A stretch of DNA of 64,000 nt, taken from Meyerozyma guilliermondii (lineage: Eukaryota). The stretch spans positions 620,001-684,000 of the forward strand of contig CP128819.1 of the NCBI GenBank assembly GCA_051546255.1, in the 5' to 3' direction. Of this stretch, positions 9,790 to 21,376 are shown piece after piece (the first letter of the stretch is position 1; the number at the start of each line of letters is the position of its first letter). A program made the position numbers and the translations under genes. The notes beneath the pieces were generated by a model. The model made no database searches and was not told the origin of the DNA. It saw nothing but the letters and a program-made list of their open reading frames with translations.

Positions 9790-12558
9790 TCATGGAAAGT
9801 GACCCTTCCTAGGTCCAAAATACCCATCAGGAGCAGAAATTGTAGCATTCAAAGCAGCAACACCAAGGCCATCCAATCCAGCATACATCACTGTATTTTC
9901 CCACCAAATGATACTTTTGTCATGATACTGGACAGCAAAGAAAATAATGATTCCACTGAAAGCAACTCCTGCAGTCATACCAGCCGAGAAGAGATAGTTG
10001 TATTTCTCCCACCACCCTGGCTTTCTTTCCTTAAGGTACCACATGAATGCAATAGCCAAGTATAAACCTCCAATAAAATATGAGAGGTTGTATGGAGCAA
10101 AGACCGTACATCCACCAATAATGACCGTTGGTTGGAAATATTTGGTATATTTCTTTGGTCCGTACCACTTGAAAAGGATAGCTGGAATTGTCAACAAGAA
10201 TCCAATTAAAAAGCAGTACCGCAAAATTGGGTACAATCCGTTGAATACTCGCTTTGGTCCAATCACTCCCCACAACACTGATGCGGCGTAAAAGGTTCTT
10301 GAGTATGCGCAAGTGAACTTCTGTTTGTTCAATGGGTCACAGTAGTCGTTGATGTCATTCATCTGGAAACTAAGAATGCCCAAAGTAATGAAACAACAGA
10401 TGAAAACAGACACAATTTGCACTCTGAAAATTGACCATGGTGGTATCCTGACATAGTGTGCAAGTTTCTGATTGGTGATATAATTCTCTGCTTGACCATC
10501 GATGTTGTACCCAATTGCTTTAATGTACATCAAGGCAAGACCATTACCTGGCAAGGCATAACCGACAATAAGCTCGACTAACACGTTCAAACCAAACGAA
10601 AAACCGGTTCTCGAATAGATTGACGCCAAAGGAATCAAGAAGACAAAATTGATGCCAAGGGCGAAGAAGATACCCCACACTGGTGTCTCCGCTGGATAAA
10701 GCTTAACGCACAAGATAGACAAGACAATGGAGATCACTAGGATCAATATGAACACCCAGTCAGGAACCTCCTTGTACCGAGCCATCAGTCTACTAAAGGG
10801 ATCATTGAACCCCTCATAATTGGAACGATGAAAGTTTTTGATGGTCTGGAAAAGACTTTTCAAGGCAAAGGAGTTGACTTTCCAGTTAACGACAAGTTCA
10901 TAAACGAAAGCAAACGGGTATATGGCAAAGAAAGCACCATAACCAACGAGACTCGCTGCAGAATAAAATGGTGGTCCAATTTCTTGATATTTGGCCTCGT
11001 CAAAAAGACCCTTTTCATTTAAAACCTGAGTAACGGCGTAAGGCTTACCGGTATTAGTATACAATCCGTTAGTATTGATGGGAATGTATTGGGTCCACAA
11101 GTGGTTCGAGTAGTACACTCCAACAATACTGACAAATCCAACGATCCAGCCAATTGTTTGGTTCATTGTGGAATAGAATGGGATAGTCAACGGTAAGCCA
11201 TAATTCAAAATATTCCAGTCAAAGGTTGAAATTGGGTTCAAACCTAATCCAGACACTGATCCAGTAATGTTGGCAAGATTTAAGTTTGTGGGCTTGATCC
11301 ATGTCATCCAGTTGAATGTCGAAAGAAATTGGGCAAGGTAGTTTGGAATCCAGAAGTAAAGAAAAGAACCGAAGAATGTTGCAAAGAAGAAGTAGTATCT
11401 CGAAATGGTCCATCCATGAATGTTTTCCTTCTTCTCTGGGAGGGTCAATGCCTTGTTCAACGCAATGGTGGGCAAAATAGTTGGCCAAATGGATTGAACT
11501 GGATAAACCACAAACCTTCTCATGATTCCTGCTAGTCCAAATCCGAGAAACTGACTCGATAAAATCAAGAGAACTTGGTACCCAAAGTCGACCCATTGGT
11601 TATTGTAAAAAATGGGCATCTTCTGAACAAGAATATTCGAGGCAGCGTATGGACTAGCACCAGAAATCGAGTAACATAAAGTTGCAAGCATTTGCTCCTT
11701 ATAGGTCCATGGACCTGGATTCAAATCGAAACTATACTTCCACACTTTGAGACTCCACTTTGGAAGAATATAAGAAAGAAGTACGCCGGATGGGTAAATG
11801 AAAACTTGAGCTACCAGCGCGTCGAAACTAATTGATGGCTGTCTTTCTATGAAGAACTGATTGATAACTGATCCAACAGCAGTCCAAATAATTCCGACAA
11901 CATAAACTCGAATAGTTTCACACGGAACAGTTGGGTCGTCGTATGGTTCAGTGACACTTCTGACAGTAGCATAAGGGGAATGGTAAGCAATCAAACCTAC
12001 CTCGACCTTGAGTTGGAATGGCAAATCGGTGATTTTATGGTATTCATATTGAATATCTGCCTTCGGAAGATCTTCATCGACAGCACTGGAGGATCCGACC
12101 TCCACCAGGTCATCTGCTGCTTCGGACTTTCCGTCAATTTGTCGGCCTAGCTTTTCTTTGATACCATCACTCGTGCCAAAATCTGCTGCCGCCAATGCAA
12201 CTAATCGCTGGATAAGATTATAATCTGCTGTTGAAATGTTGCAATCGTCTTCAAAGTTGACTAAATATTCCCTCAAAATCTCGAGTGATTCCTCTTCTGT
12301 TAAGCTTTCCATTTTTTCAATCAAAAAAGTGGCCGAAGGAGGGAGATGTTCTAAGCTTAACAAACCATCCAAGTACATTCTTCTCAAAATGAAGAATTTT
12401 TGGTCCTCGGTAAATGAGGCACCAACGTCGCCAAGAGCAATGTCGCTTGACTGGAGAGCACTTAAATCCACTTCATGGTCAACTGCGTTTAAGCGACTAC
12501 CTGTACTGGTAATTCCTGCAAGCGGTGAAATCGTTGATCTCACAGGTGAGACAGACAT
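9790..12558 (-). CDS. OPT-family oligopeptide transporter (OPT2-like), copy B
   Basis: 922 aa, same OPT motifs, colinear with copies A and C. Confidence 0.95.
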   Translation of the reverse strand: MSVSPVRSTISPLAGITSTGSRLNAVDHEVDLSALQSSDIALGDVGASFTEDQKFFILRRMYLDGLLSLEHLPPSATFLIEKMESLTEEESLEILREYLVNFEDDCNISTADYNLIQRLVALAAADFGTSDGIKEKLGRQIDGKSEAADDLVEVGSSSAVDEDLPKADIQYEYHKITDLPFQLKVEVGLIAYHSPYATVRSVTEPYDDPTVPCETIRVYVVGIIWTAVGSVINQFFIERQPSISFDALVAQVFIYPSGVLLSYILPKWSLKVWKYSFDLNPGPWTYKEQMLATLCYSISGASPYAASNILVQKMPIFYNNQWVDFGYQVLLILSSQFLGFGLAGIMRRFVVYPVQSIWPTILPTIALNKALTLPEKKENIHGWTISRYYFFFATFFGSFLYFWIPNYLAQFLSTFNWMTWIKPTNLNLANITGSVSGLGLNPISTFDWNILNYGLPLTIPFYSTMNQTIGWIVGFVSIVGVYYSNHLWTQYIPINTNGLYTNTGKPYAVTQVLNEKGLFDEAKYQEIGPPFYSAASLVGYGAFFAIYPFAFVYELVVNWKVNSFALKSLFQTIKNFHRSNYEGFNDPFSRLMARYKEVPDWVFILILVISIVLSILCVKLYPAETPVWGIFFALGINFVFLIPLASIYSRTGFSFGLNVLVELIVGYALPGNGLALMYIKAIGYNIDGQAENYITNQKLAHYVRIPPWSIFRVQIVSVFICCFITLGILSFQMNDINDYCDPLNKQKFTCAYSRTFYAASVLWGVIGPKRVFNGLYPILRYCFLIGFLLTIPAILFKWYGPKKYTKYFQPTVIIGGCTVFAPYNLSYFIGGLYLAIAFMWYLKERKPGWWEKYNYLFSAGMTAGVAFSGIIIFFAVQYHDKSIIWWENTVMYAGLDGLGVAALNATISAPDGYFGPRKGHFP

Positions 12559-13166
12559 AGAATCTTCGAGAAGTCATCAGAAGGTGGTGCCTTTTTATGA
12601 AAAATATGGTCAGTGTGGCGCAAGGCAGTACGGCTCTTTGTCCCACTTCTACTCGATGGCTTTTCTCGCTTTCGCATTGCCCGTGTGATAGCATTTTGCT
12701 TCTACACCATTTTGCTGTGCCGCACGAAGCCATGCTTTGACAGGCTCCATATTCTTATGCGCCACAAATGGCTCTGTTCTTGATGGAACATGCCAGTGGG
12801 AAATCGAGAAAATTGCTGCTTCTCTGAACTGCTTATAAGGTAAGCTGAAACTTTCAATATGGGTCCTTAGGACTTCATCTGCCAAGCTATGTGCGTAATA
12901 AGTGCTAAGCGAAAACCGCTGGAGCGCATTTTCGTGCATGAAGTGCGGCGTCAGCTGTCAAAGTGCCGATGCGGCCCACCAAAAGCACACCAATTATTAG
13001 GATTTGTTTTGTTATGGACCATTGGCGTTTGCACGGACCAAATTTGTCACTTTAACCGAAGAGTCATGCGGCAGCATGCATGTTCAGGAACTGTGGAAGC
13101 GAAGTGCGCAGCGGGAAAAGAAGCAAGATTAACAGACAAAGTTATATTAAAGTAAGCTCGACACAA

Positions 13167-15923
13167 CTAAGGGTAGTGTCCCTTACGAGGTCCAAAGTAA
13201 CCATCTGGAGCGGAGATGGTAGCGTTTAAATCAGCAACACTCAGGCCATCCATTCCAGCGTACATAACAGTGTTACCCCACCAGTTGATACTCTTATCGT
13301 GGTACTGAACTGCGAAGAAAATAATGATTCCACTAAAAGCTACTCCTGCAGTCATACCGGCCGAGAAAAGATAGTTGTATTTCTGCCACCATGCGGGCTT
13401 TCTTGATTGCAAGTACCACATAGAAGCAATTGCCAAGTACAATCCGCCAAGCACATAAGTAAGATTGTATGGAGCGTAAAGCAACATACCACCGATTATG
13501 ACAGTTGGTTGGAAATACTTGGTAAGTTTCTTTGGTCCGTACCACTTGAAAAGGACAGCTGGAATTGTCAACAAGAATCCAATCAAGAAGCAGTACTGCA
13601 AGATTGGATACAAACCATTGAATACTCTCTTGGGCCCAATAACACCCCACAACACTGATGCAGAATAGAACGTTCTGGCCTGCGCGCAAGTGAACTTCTG
13701 TTTGTTCAATGGATCGCAATAGTCGGTGATACCGGTAAGCTGGAAGCTGATAATACCCAAGGTAATGAAACAGTTAATGAAGACAGACAACATTTGCACT
13801 CTGAAGATTGACCATGGTGGAATACGGACGTAATGGGCCATTTTTTGGTTGGAGATATAGTTCTCCGCTTGTCCATCGATATTGTAACCAATGGCTTTGA
13901 TGAACATCAAGGCAAGACCATTACCTGGCAATGCATAACCGACGATAAGTTCGACTAACACGTTCAAACCAAACGAAAAACCGGTTCTCGAGTAGATTGA
14001 GGCCAAAGGAATCAAGAAGACGAAATTGATACCAATAGCAAAGAAAATACCCCACACTGGAGTCTCCGCAGGATAAAGCTTCACACACAAAATGGACAAA
14101 ACGATGGAGATAATTAAAACCGCGAAAAAGACCCAGTCTGGTACCTCTTTGTACTTTGCCATCAGTCTGCTATATGGGTCGTTAAACCCCTCATAGTTAG
14201 AACGACGGAAGTTTCTCATGGTTTGCCAGATACTCTTAAAAGCGAAGAAGTTGATTCTCCAGTTAACCACGAATTCGTAAACGAAAGCAAAAGGGTAAAT
14301 GGCAAAGAATGCGCCATAAACAACGAGATTTGCAGCCGAGTAAAATGGAGGACCAACTTCTTGATATTTCTTTTCATCAAAGAGACCTTTCTCGTTCAAT
14401 ACTGCAGTAACGGCATAAGGCTGGCCCGTGTTGGTGTACAATCCGTTAGTGTTGATGGGAATGTATTGGGACCACAAATTGTTCGAGTAATAAACCCCAA
14501 TAATACAGAAGAATGCAATGGTCCAGCCGATTGCTTGGTTCATGGTGGAATAGAATGGGATGGTCAATGGTAAATTGTAATTCAAAACAGTCCAGTCAAA
14601 GGTGGAGATTGGATTCAAACCTAAGCCAGACACTGACCCAGTAATGTTAGCAAGGGTAAGATTCGAAGGTTTAATCCATGTCATCCAGTTGAATGTCGAA
14701 AGAAATTGCATGAGGTAGTTTGGAATCCAGAAGTAAAGGAAAGAACCGAAGAAGGTTGCAAAAAAGAAATAGTACCTCGAAATGGTCCATCCGTGAATGT
14801 TTTCCTTTTGCTCTGGGAGGGTCAACGCCTTGTTCAACGCAATGGTGGGCAAAACAGTAGGCCAAATCGATTGGACAGGGTAAACAACGAAACGTCTCAT
14901 AATTCCAGCCAAACCAAAACCAAGGAACTGACTTGACAACATCAAAAGAACTTGATAACCAAAATCAACCCATTTGTTGTCGTAGAACACTTCAGATTTT
15001 TGAACAAGAATATTCCAGGAGACGTACGGAGTGGTACCAGAAATCGAGTAACAAAGGGTTGCAAGCATTTGCTCCTTGTATGTCCAAGTACCAGGGTTCA
15101 AATTAATGTTGTATCTCCAAATCTTGAAACTCTTCTTTGGAAGAATATAAGAAAGAAGTACGCCAGTTGGGTAAATGAAGACCTGAGCTACCAGCGGCTG
15201 GAAAAGAATTGCTGGTTGTCTTTCTGAGAAAAACTGGTTAATCACAGATCCAATAGCGGTCCAAATAATTCCGACGACATAAACTCTGAAAGTCTCACAA
15301 GGAACAGTAGGGTCATCGTAAGGTTCAGTGACACTTCTTACTGATGGGTAAGGAGAGTGGTAAGCAATCAAGCCAGCTTCAACCTTGACTTGCAATGGCC
15401 AATCGACAACCTTGTGGTATTCATGTTGGATGTCGGCGGTCAAATCGGGGTCATCAGTATCAGCAGATCCAACCTCCACCTGGGTGTCGACCGCGTCCGA
15501 TTTTCCGTCAATTTGGTTCTGCAACTTCTCCTTGATTCCTTTTCCAGCACCAAGGTGAGCTGGAGCCAACGCAACTAAACGTTGATTGAGGTTGTAGTCG
15601 GCGGTGGAGACATTACAGTCGTCGGCAAAGCTGGTAAGGTACTCCTTCAAGATCTCAACAGATTCTTCTTCCGTCAAAGACTCCATCTTCTCGACCATGA
15701 AAGTGGCTGAGGGAGGAAGATGATCCAAACTCAACAAACCATCCATGTTCATTCTTCTCAAGATAAAGAATTTTTGTTCCTCAGTGAATGAGGCACCAAC
15801 ATCGCCAAGGGCGATGTCATTAGATTGAAGAACATGTAAGTTGACTTCATGGTCGTCTGCTTCTAATCTACTACCTGCACTGATGATTCCGGTGAGCGCA
15901 TTCTCTTTTTCTACGCTGGCCAT
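13167..15923 (-). CDS. OPT-family oligopeptide transporter (OPT2-like), copy C
   Basis: Same OPT motifs. Start moved to ATG 15923 (MASVEKEN) because it aligns with the paralogues and a TATATAA lies at 15961-15967 on the minus strand. Confidence 0.95.
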   Translation of the reverse strand: MASVEKENALTGIISAGSRLEADDHEVNLHVLQSNDIALGDVGASFTEEQKFFILRRMNMDGLLSLDHLPPSATFMVEKMESLTEEESVEILKEYLTSFADDCNVSTADYNLNQRLVALAPAHLGAGKGIKEKLQNQIDGKSDAVDTQVEVGSADTDDPDLTADIQHEYHKVVDWPLQVKVEAGLIAYHSPYPSVRSVTEPYDDPTVPCETFRVYVVGIIWTAIGSVINQFFSERQPAILFQPLVAQVFIYPTGVLLSYILPKKSFKIWRYNINLNPGTWTYKEQMLATLCYSISGTTPYVSWNILVQKSEVFYDNKWVDFGYQVLLMLSSQFLGFGLAGIMRRFVVYPVQSIWPTVLPTIALNKALTLPEQKENIHGWTISRYYFFFATFFGSFLYFWIPNYLMQFLSTFNWMTWIKPSNLTLANITGSVSGLGLNPISTFDWTVLNYNLPLTIPFYSTMNQAIGWTIAFFCIIGVYYSNNLWSQYIPINTNGLYTNTGQPYAVTAVLNEKGLFDEKKYQEVGPPFYSAANLVVYGAFFAIYPFAFVYEFVVNWRINFFAFKSIWQTMRNFRRSNYEGFNDPYSRLMAKYKEVPDWVFFAVLIISIVLSILCVKLYPAETPVWGIFFAIGINFVFLIPLASIYSRTGFSFGLNVLVELIVGYALPGNGLALMFIKAIGYNIDGQAENYISNQKMAHYVRIPPWSIFRVQMLSVFINCFITLGIISFQLTGITDYCDPLNKQKFTCAQARTFYSASVLWGVIGPKRVFNGLYPILQYCFLIGFLLTIPAVLFKWYGPKKLTKYFQPTVIIGGMLLYAPYNLTYVLGGLYLAIASMWYLQSRKPAWWQKYNYLFSAGMTAGVAFSGIIIFFAVQYHDKSINWWGNTVMYAGMDGLSVADLNATISAPDGYFGPRKGHYP

Positions 15924-16706
15924 CTTGTACGAGGTTGCTGTAGGTAAAAGAAGCTTGACCTTATATAGTATGACCCGTGATAAGAATCGAGGTGGTATCA
16001 TGGCTCCACAAAGATAGGCGCTGAGGCGCGATCGTGCATGATACGGCTCCGGGTTTCATTATCTCACTTCTGTGCATTTGCCCAGCTTCAATTAAAGTTG
16101 CCATTTTTTGAGAAACATATTCAGGGCATTTGCAACCATCGCAAGATCTAATCTTCGATCAGATCCACATCGAAGAACGTACTTTGCTCCAAATTGAACT
16201 GTGGAGGCTTTGAGATGGTCCTCTTGAAACCATTTCAGAATATCTGGTGAGCGCATTATTTTGGTGCTATCTTGGGAGGGGCCTCGGTGCGGCTTATGCA
16301 CGTCTAATTTTACTTGCCGCGGAAATCTTGACAGAAATTTGACAGCTTGCTAACAAATCAAACGAGTGCCCTAATGACCGATGATTTAGGTGGAATTTGT
16401 CTACGCTAGAGTACAAGGTAAGTTTGGTGCCATGGTCTATCCTAATTCTACCCTGCTCAACAGAACCCGTTAATTTGCCACATGTTTGGTCATCGTCTCC
16501 ATGCATGGCACGGCACCAACTTCTTATCAAGTGTCACGTGAGTTGTGGATGCCCAGCTTTTTGGTGCGGCGCATGATGAATATTTCCTAGTTTCTCAATA
16601 TGCGTCGGGAGTGGGCCGTGCATGCCTTGCCGATATTCGGTTTCTTTCTCGCGGTCCGCGGCGCCGCTGCATACTATTAGAGTATATGCATCAGGCTAAA
16701 CTTGCC

Positions 16707-17980
16707 ATGCGTCAGAGGGGAGGTCGTAATTTCAGATCTCCACCCTTTGTCTCTGTACCTCGATAACGTTGGTTCCGCCGTTTGACAAAGGAATGACTTG
16801 AATGCTTCTACCGGGCCCTAGACTGTGAGTCTGATGTGACGTTGCGGAAAAGATTTCTTCTGACCTTCGATATCCCTATTTGCGATCCACTTAAAGCCGA
16901 TATACGACGAGGTATTGTGTGGCTGGAGTGGCATATCGGTCAATTTCTGCAGATGTGGTATATTCAAGCCAAGCTTTCTTTTCCGTACGGCAAAAGCGTA
17001 CGGCAAAAGCAATGCACAATTGCGGTTGACCCGACAATCTTCCCTTGTGGCATCAAAGAAGTCAGTTGCTTCCGCATAACGAATGGCCCGACGGCGAACC
17101 AAAGTATAGGGGTAAAGTGTGGTGCCGACTTTGACTCTCCTTCGGAAACATTGATTTTTCCTGCTTAGCGTATTCGAGAAATGAACCATATCTTGCATTG
17201 CAGATGGAGATAAGTTTTTCTTAACTTATCAATCTAGGATCAAACAATTGTCTTGGCTTTCACGAACAGTAATTCCTAGTGCGATAGTAAAGCTCTTGGA
17301 CATATTTCTGCCGAAGTGCTATTTTTGGTCGCTCTTTCGTCTTTGAAGGACGACAGAGTCAACGAAATTGCGCTTTATGCGATGGGTGCTGAAACATAAA
17401 CGGCGGTAAAGAATTTTGACAGCTATCTCGCCCAGAAGTAGCAAGGAAACCCGTACTAGATTGACTCGTATTTGGAGTCCTATTAAACATCGAAAGAATG
17501 CCAGCAAAATCGGGGAAGCTCCAGAATCGTTTTAATCAACTTAGAATGTCATTGAAATGGTCTTCTCTAGTAAGAAACCGAACACAAGACTTTTCAGAAG
17601 TAACAGGCAAAATCTAGTTGGGCGAGGTTCTGAGCCAGGCTGGTCAGAGGCTAGCATCCTCGTTCAATGATTACAGCTGTGTTTCAGGTCGATTCTCAAT
17701 GTGTCCATTCATTCTGAATCTGAACTTGAATTTGACGACAGGGTTTTAGAACGATCACTCTCAGTGCGAGCCTTGTGATGATATAGACGTCGTCGCCGAG
17801 GGTTCTCTTTCAAACACATTATATTGATGCTCTGCTGAAAGAACAGCAGCAACTCTGCTTGAGAGAATTAAACGACCATCTAAACTTTATATTTCGTTTC
17901 ATGTGTCGACACCACAGTCACACGGTGGCTTTCTAGCCACGGAGTCTCTCGTTCCCAAACCCAATTTCGGAATGTGAAAT
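16707..17980 (+). pseudogene. Possible degenerate Zn2Cys6 transcription factor gene
   Basis: One frame from ATG 16707 reads ...TKE*LECFYRALDCESDVTL (a C-x2-C-x6-C half cluster if TGA at 16794 was TGY). It continues in frame through the 16836-17168 ORF and protein-like text (NEIALYAMGA) with scattered stops. The 3' end is uncertain. Confidence 0.35.
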
Positions 17981-19659
17981 GCCTGAATCATCCTTTTTAC
18001 ATTGCCTGCAGCATATATGACACCATCTTATGCGACAATAACCGCCCCGAGTCATTTAAGGTTTTGACAGGAGTAAGGGCTGCAACTTGCATGAGCCGCA
18101 AGGGTGTTGCCTTGATTATTGTCCGATATGCATGTCAAAGGCTCCGTGCTTCAATTTGGGCGTTAGAACCTTATCAATGTCAATTTGAAACATGGGTCAA
18201 GAATCAGCAGGACATTACGATAAACTGATAATTGAATAGGCGAGAATCCAGGTAACCTAACAATTACATTGAAACTACACTAGAAATCAAAGAAAAAGCA
18301 TATGATATGCCTAACTTATGAATGATTACGGCAAATCAAACAAGAGTTCAAGAAATGAACTATATCCACAATTACTAGAACAACCCATCGACCAGGTGTT
18401 CCCGTATCACTATAGGTGGTGAGCCACTCATCCTGAAGTGGTGTGCGAATTCAAATGGACTCAAGTTTATGCGGGTTCAGCCTTCTCCTTTAGTGGTTTT
18501 GGTTCAGAGTAAAGCAAGACCTTTGCTCCTTGTTTCTTCATATCGTTGCAAACGTGACACTGTTTGAATCTCATCAACTTTCTGCCTTTATGTTTTTCAT
18601 AATAGACTTCATCAGATTCACTTACACCATCGGAAATAGCGGTTATGGCAATTTCTGGAGTAAACCGTGGTCCATTTAGATGAAAATGAAATATCATACT
18701 GCACCACCATCGGGTGTTTGTCCTTATATTTTAAATGTGAGCCGACTTTGTGTCATGAAGTATAATGCGCTTCACGACGTGAGAATAGATGCGCGAGAAT
18801 GCGGCTCTATTGTGATTCCCCCCATTGAAGCCGCGCACAAGCTTCGGCACATCTGTCAATGAAAAAGGGAAGTTTACGCGAGGAAAAAAATACGACCTAC
18901 TACGAGGAACAAAAGATTTTAGCAGAACTTGAATAGTCTGTCACTCAAGAGAGAAAGACTAGAAATGGGTTAAAGTTTGATCTCCAGAGGGGTGGACACA
19001 TCAATAGCTATTTTTAGATTGCTAATCAACTATCTCAACAAAGCGTATGTCTCGTATTCAAACTGATTGTCGAGTGTAATAAACTGTCATGAGTTCCAAA
19101 GGCTACTTCAGTCTATCCGAAAAAACAATCCTGAACTTGCAAAAGACTACTGAACTCTTGTTTTGAGAGACGACGTAAAAATCTTGTTGCATTGACATGG
19201 CCAATTAACTGTGAAAACTGACACCATTGCAATTGCCTAGTTGAGCTGTTAACAACTTTAAGCTGAGAAAAGCGGTATAATGTGGAGATAATGCACAGAG
19301 TTGGAATTTATTGGAGTGACATAGTATGGACTTGGACTCAATACCCACTTACATGAGATATCTTTAAACTCACAAACTCAAAATGAAATCAGTTGGATCA
19401 TATTGAACTGTATGTGGTATCAACAATCCTCGAATGTGACTCGAATTCGTTTCCACTGAGAAACCCAAACCCAATTCACTATACATTAGTGGGTTGCAGG
19501 TATTCGTATCACCCAAATGAGTTTCCATCGCATCTCAACACTAACATATAGCTGTGTCAGCATTACCAGTGTCATCTCGTATAAGCACCGAGGTGCTATC
19601 CCAATGATATTCACCATTATGACGCAACACCAACCTCTCTATTAGTCTCTAGTGTACAC

Positions 19660-20514
19660 TCACATCACAGCATGAACAAAGAACGTTACCGATTGACGAA
19701 TTCTATGCTTTCGCCTAAGCTCTCTTGCCTGTTCACTGGCAGTGTTGTTATTTTTGCTCTTTCTCCTCGTCAATTTACGAAATTTCTTGACTATGGCTTC
19801 AGCATAGGTAACTGAGGTGTCTGGTACGTCGGATATCATTGTCTGTAGCACAAGATTATCAGGTGCCATGGCAAAGCCTTTTTCTTGCTGGCAGATAAGA
19901 AAGTGGAAGCATGGAGAATGCTTGAGATTGAGAGTTGTTAACGGGCAGTTAATCTCGGCAAGGTCACTGATTTTTGTAATGGAAAATGATTTACCCAAAT
20001 GAAGTACCTTGATTTGATTGATGTAAGATACCTGCTGCTCGGGTGCGAGAGTGCGGAGGTGAGCATAGATATAGATGAGAAGGTGGTTTGTGGTCAAGGA
20101 ATCGATGGTGACGGTAGGACAATCACCGGTACTCTGAAGCTTGTTCAAAGCGGAATTCACAAACCGCAAAATCAGCGATAATTTCACTGCGGATTTCAAG
20201 GTTGTTACAGAATTGACAAGCGTTAATTCCACCTCGTTTTCACCTTCTTCTTCGTCACTGAGATCATTGGTGAGTGTATCTGGCTTGAAAAGTTGGTATC
20301 TTGACTGGCTACGCAATCCTGTGGCGGGATCAAAAGCTCTGATCGCTATGTCATCCTCCTCATCTTCGTCACTGTCGCATTCGTTGTTGGAAAACATCGT
20401 TGATACCGAGCTACACGGCGTGAGTTGCTCCATAAACTGAAGATGTTCTAAGCAAACAAGAGCATCTGCATCCTCTGGGTCGACCAGCGATACCGAGGGA
20501 ATAGGGGATAACAT
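19660..20514 (-). CDS. Hypothetical 284-aa protein (acidic N-terminal region, basic C terminus)
   Basis: Long ATG ORF in an otherwise empty interval; no family recognised. Confidence 0.75.
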   Translation of the reverse strand: MLSPIPSVSLVDPEDADALVCLEHLQFMEQLTPCSSVSTMFSNNECDSDEDEEDDIAIRAFDPATGLRSQSRYQLFKPDTLTNDLSDEEEGENEVELTLVNSVTTLKSAVKLSLILRFVNSALNKLQSTGDCPTVTIDSLTTNHLLIYIYAHLRTLAPEQQVSYINQIKVLHLGKSFSITKISDLAEINCPLTTLNLKHSPCFHFLICQQEKGFAMAPDNLVLQTMISDVPDTSVTYAEAIVKKFRKLTRRKSKNNNTASEQARELRRKHRIRQSVTFFVHAVM

Positions 20515-20842
20515 GTTTTCCTCTTAGGGGTCCTATAAAGGGGTGAAAACGTGAGTCGAAAAATGTTTTCAGTTTTGATGAGTGTAAAAAGAGTAGCAAC
20601 GTTGAACAGTGTTATCAGCTAATTCTGAGCACTTTTGACGCGTGAAATCTCGGGACAAGTTGACTTATTCCAAGATCTTAAACTAGTATGTTCAAAAAAG
20701 ATAGTGATGAGTAGCAAATTTTGAATTCCCCGCTATTGTACTCCGGAATCGAAATCATGCAGGCAGAAAAAATCTGGGGATAGTGGGGTGACCGCATTAT
20801 ATGCAGTCGGTTAGTTGCCGAGCCGAGAAATCACTTTTTCAT

Positions 20843-21376
20843 TTACACTTCCAAAACCGCATTTGCTTGCACAGAAAGAAAATGCAATACATTATCAAGA
20901 ATGTAGGATGTACAGCCTGATTTCTTGAGCTTTTGTGCCACAGATACAAGCTCAGCGTTGACTTTCACGTAGTCGTGACCCGACCGAAACCCCACGGATA
21001 CGGGCTCATCTACAATTACGACCCGCCCCGAGATCACGTGTACGGTGTTTGGTGTGGTTTGTTGTGTTATGTTTGGCGGCAGTACAGCGTCGATTATGTT
21101 AGCAAGGGTCTCGCAGCGGATATAATGGAATTTGGTCATCATATTGGCATCGGAGGCGAAAGTGAAGTCTTGAGAATCGAGAAGATTGACAATTTTTGAT
21201 GGCAGCAGTCCATTGATATAGATTAGTTGAGAGATCAGATTCGGGTCATGGGAGTATTGTAGATCGATCTGGCGTAGCACGTACTCTAGGCTATTTGAAT
21301 TTGAGTTTTTTGGTGAGATAAAGGTGAGCATGAAGCTATGTGATAGACAGATAAAGTTTTGTGCGACGGACTGCAT
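20843..21376 (-). CDS. Hypothetical protein, possibly a degenerate RecA-fold Rad51 paralogue (Shu-complex-like); alternative start 21331
   Basis: Alternating strand/helix pattern with LIYING, FHYIRC and Walker-B-like VVIVDE but no Walker A; function is speculative. Confidence 0.6.
   Translation of the reverse strand: MQSVAQNFICLSHSFMLTFISPKNSNSNSLEYVLRQIDLQYSHDPNLISQLIYINGLLPSKIVNLLDSQDFTFASDANMMTKFHYIRCETLANIIDAVLPPNITQQTTPNTVHVISGRVVIVDEPVSVGFRSGHDYVKVNAELVSVAQKLKKSGCTSYILDNVLHFLSVQANAVLEV

Noticed and set aside
18467..18697. 76-aa ORF with KQCHVC as a piggyBac-like Cys-rich tail
   Set aside because: Only one C-x2-C, with no transposase core or terminal inverted repeats.
16000..19650. Centromere or LTR element in the gene-poor gap
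   Set aside because: No terminal repeats, retrotransposon ORFs or target-site duplications seen.
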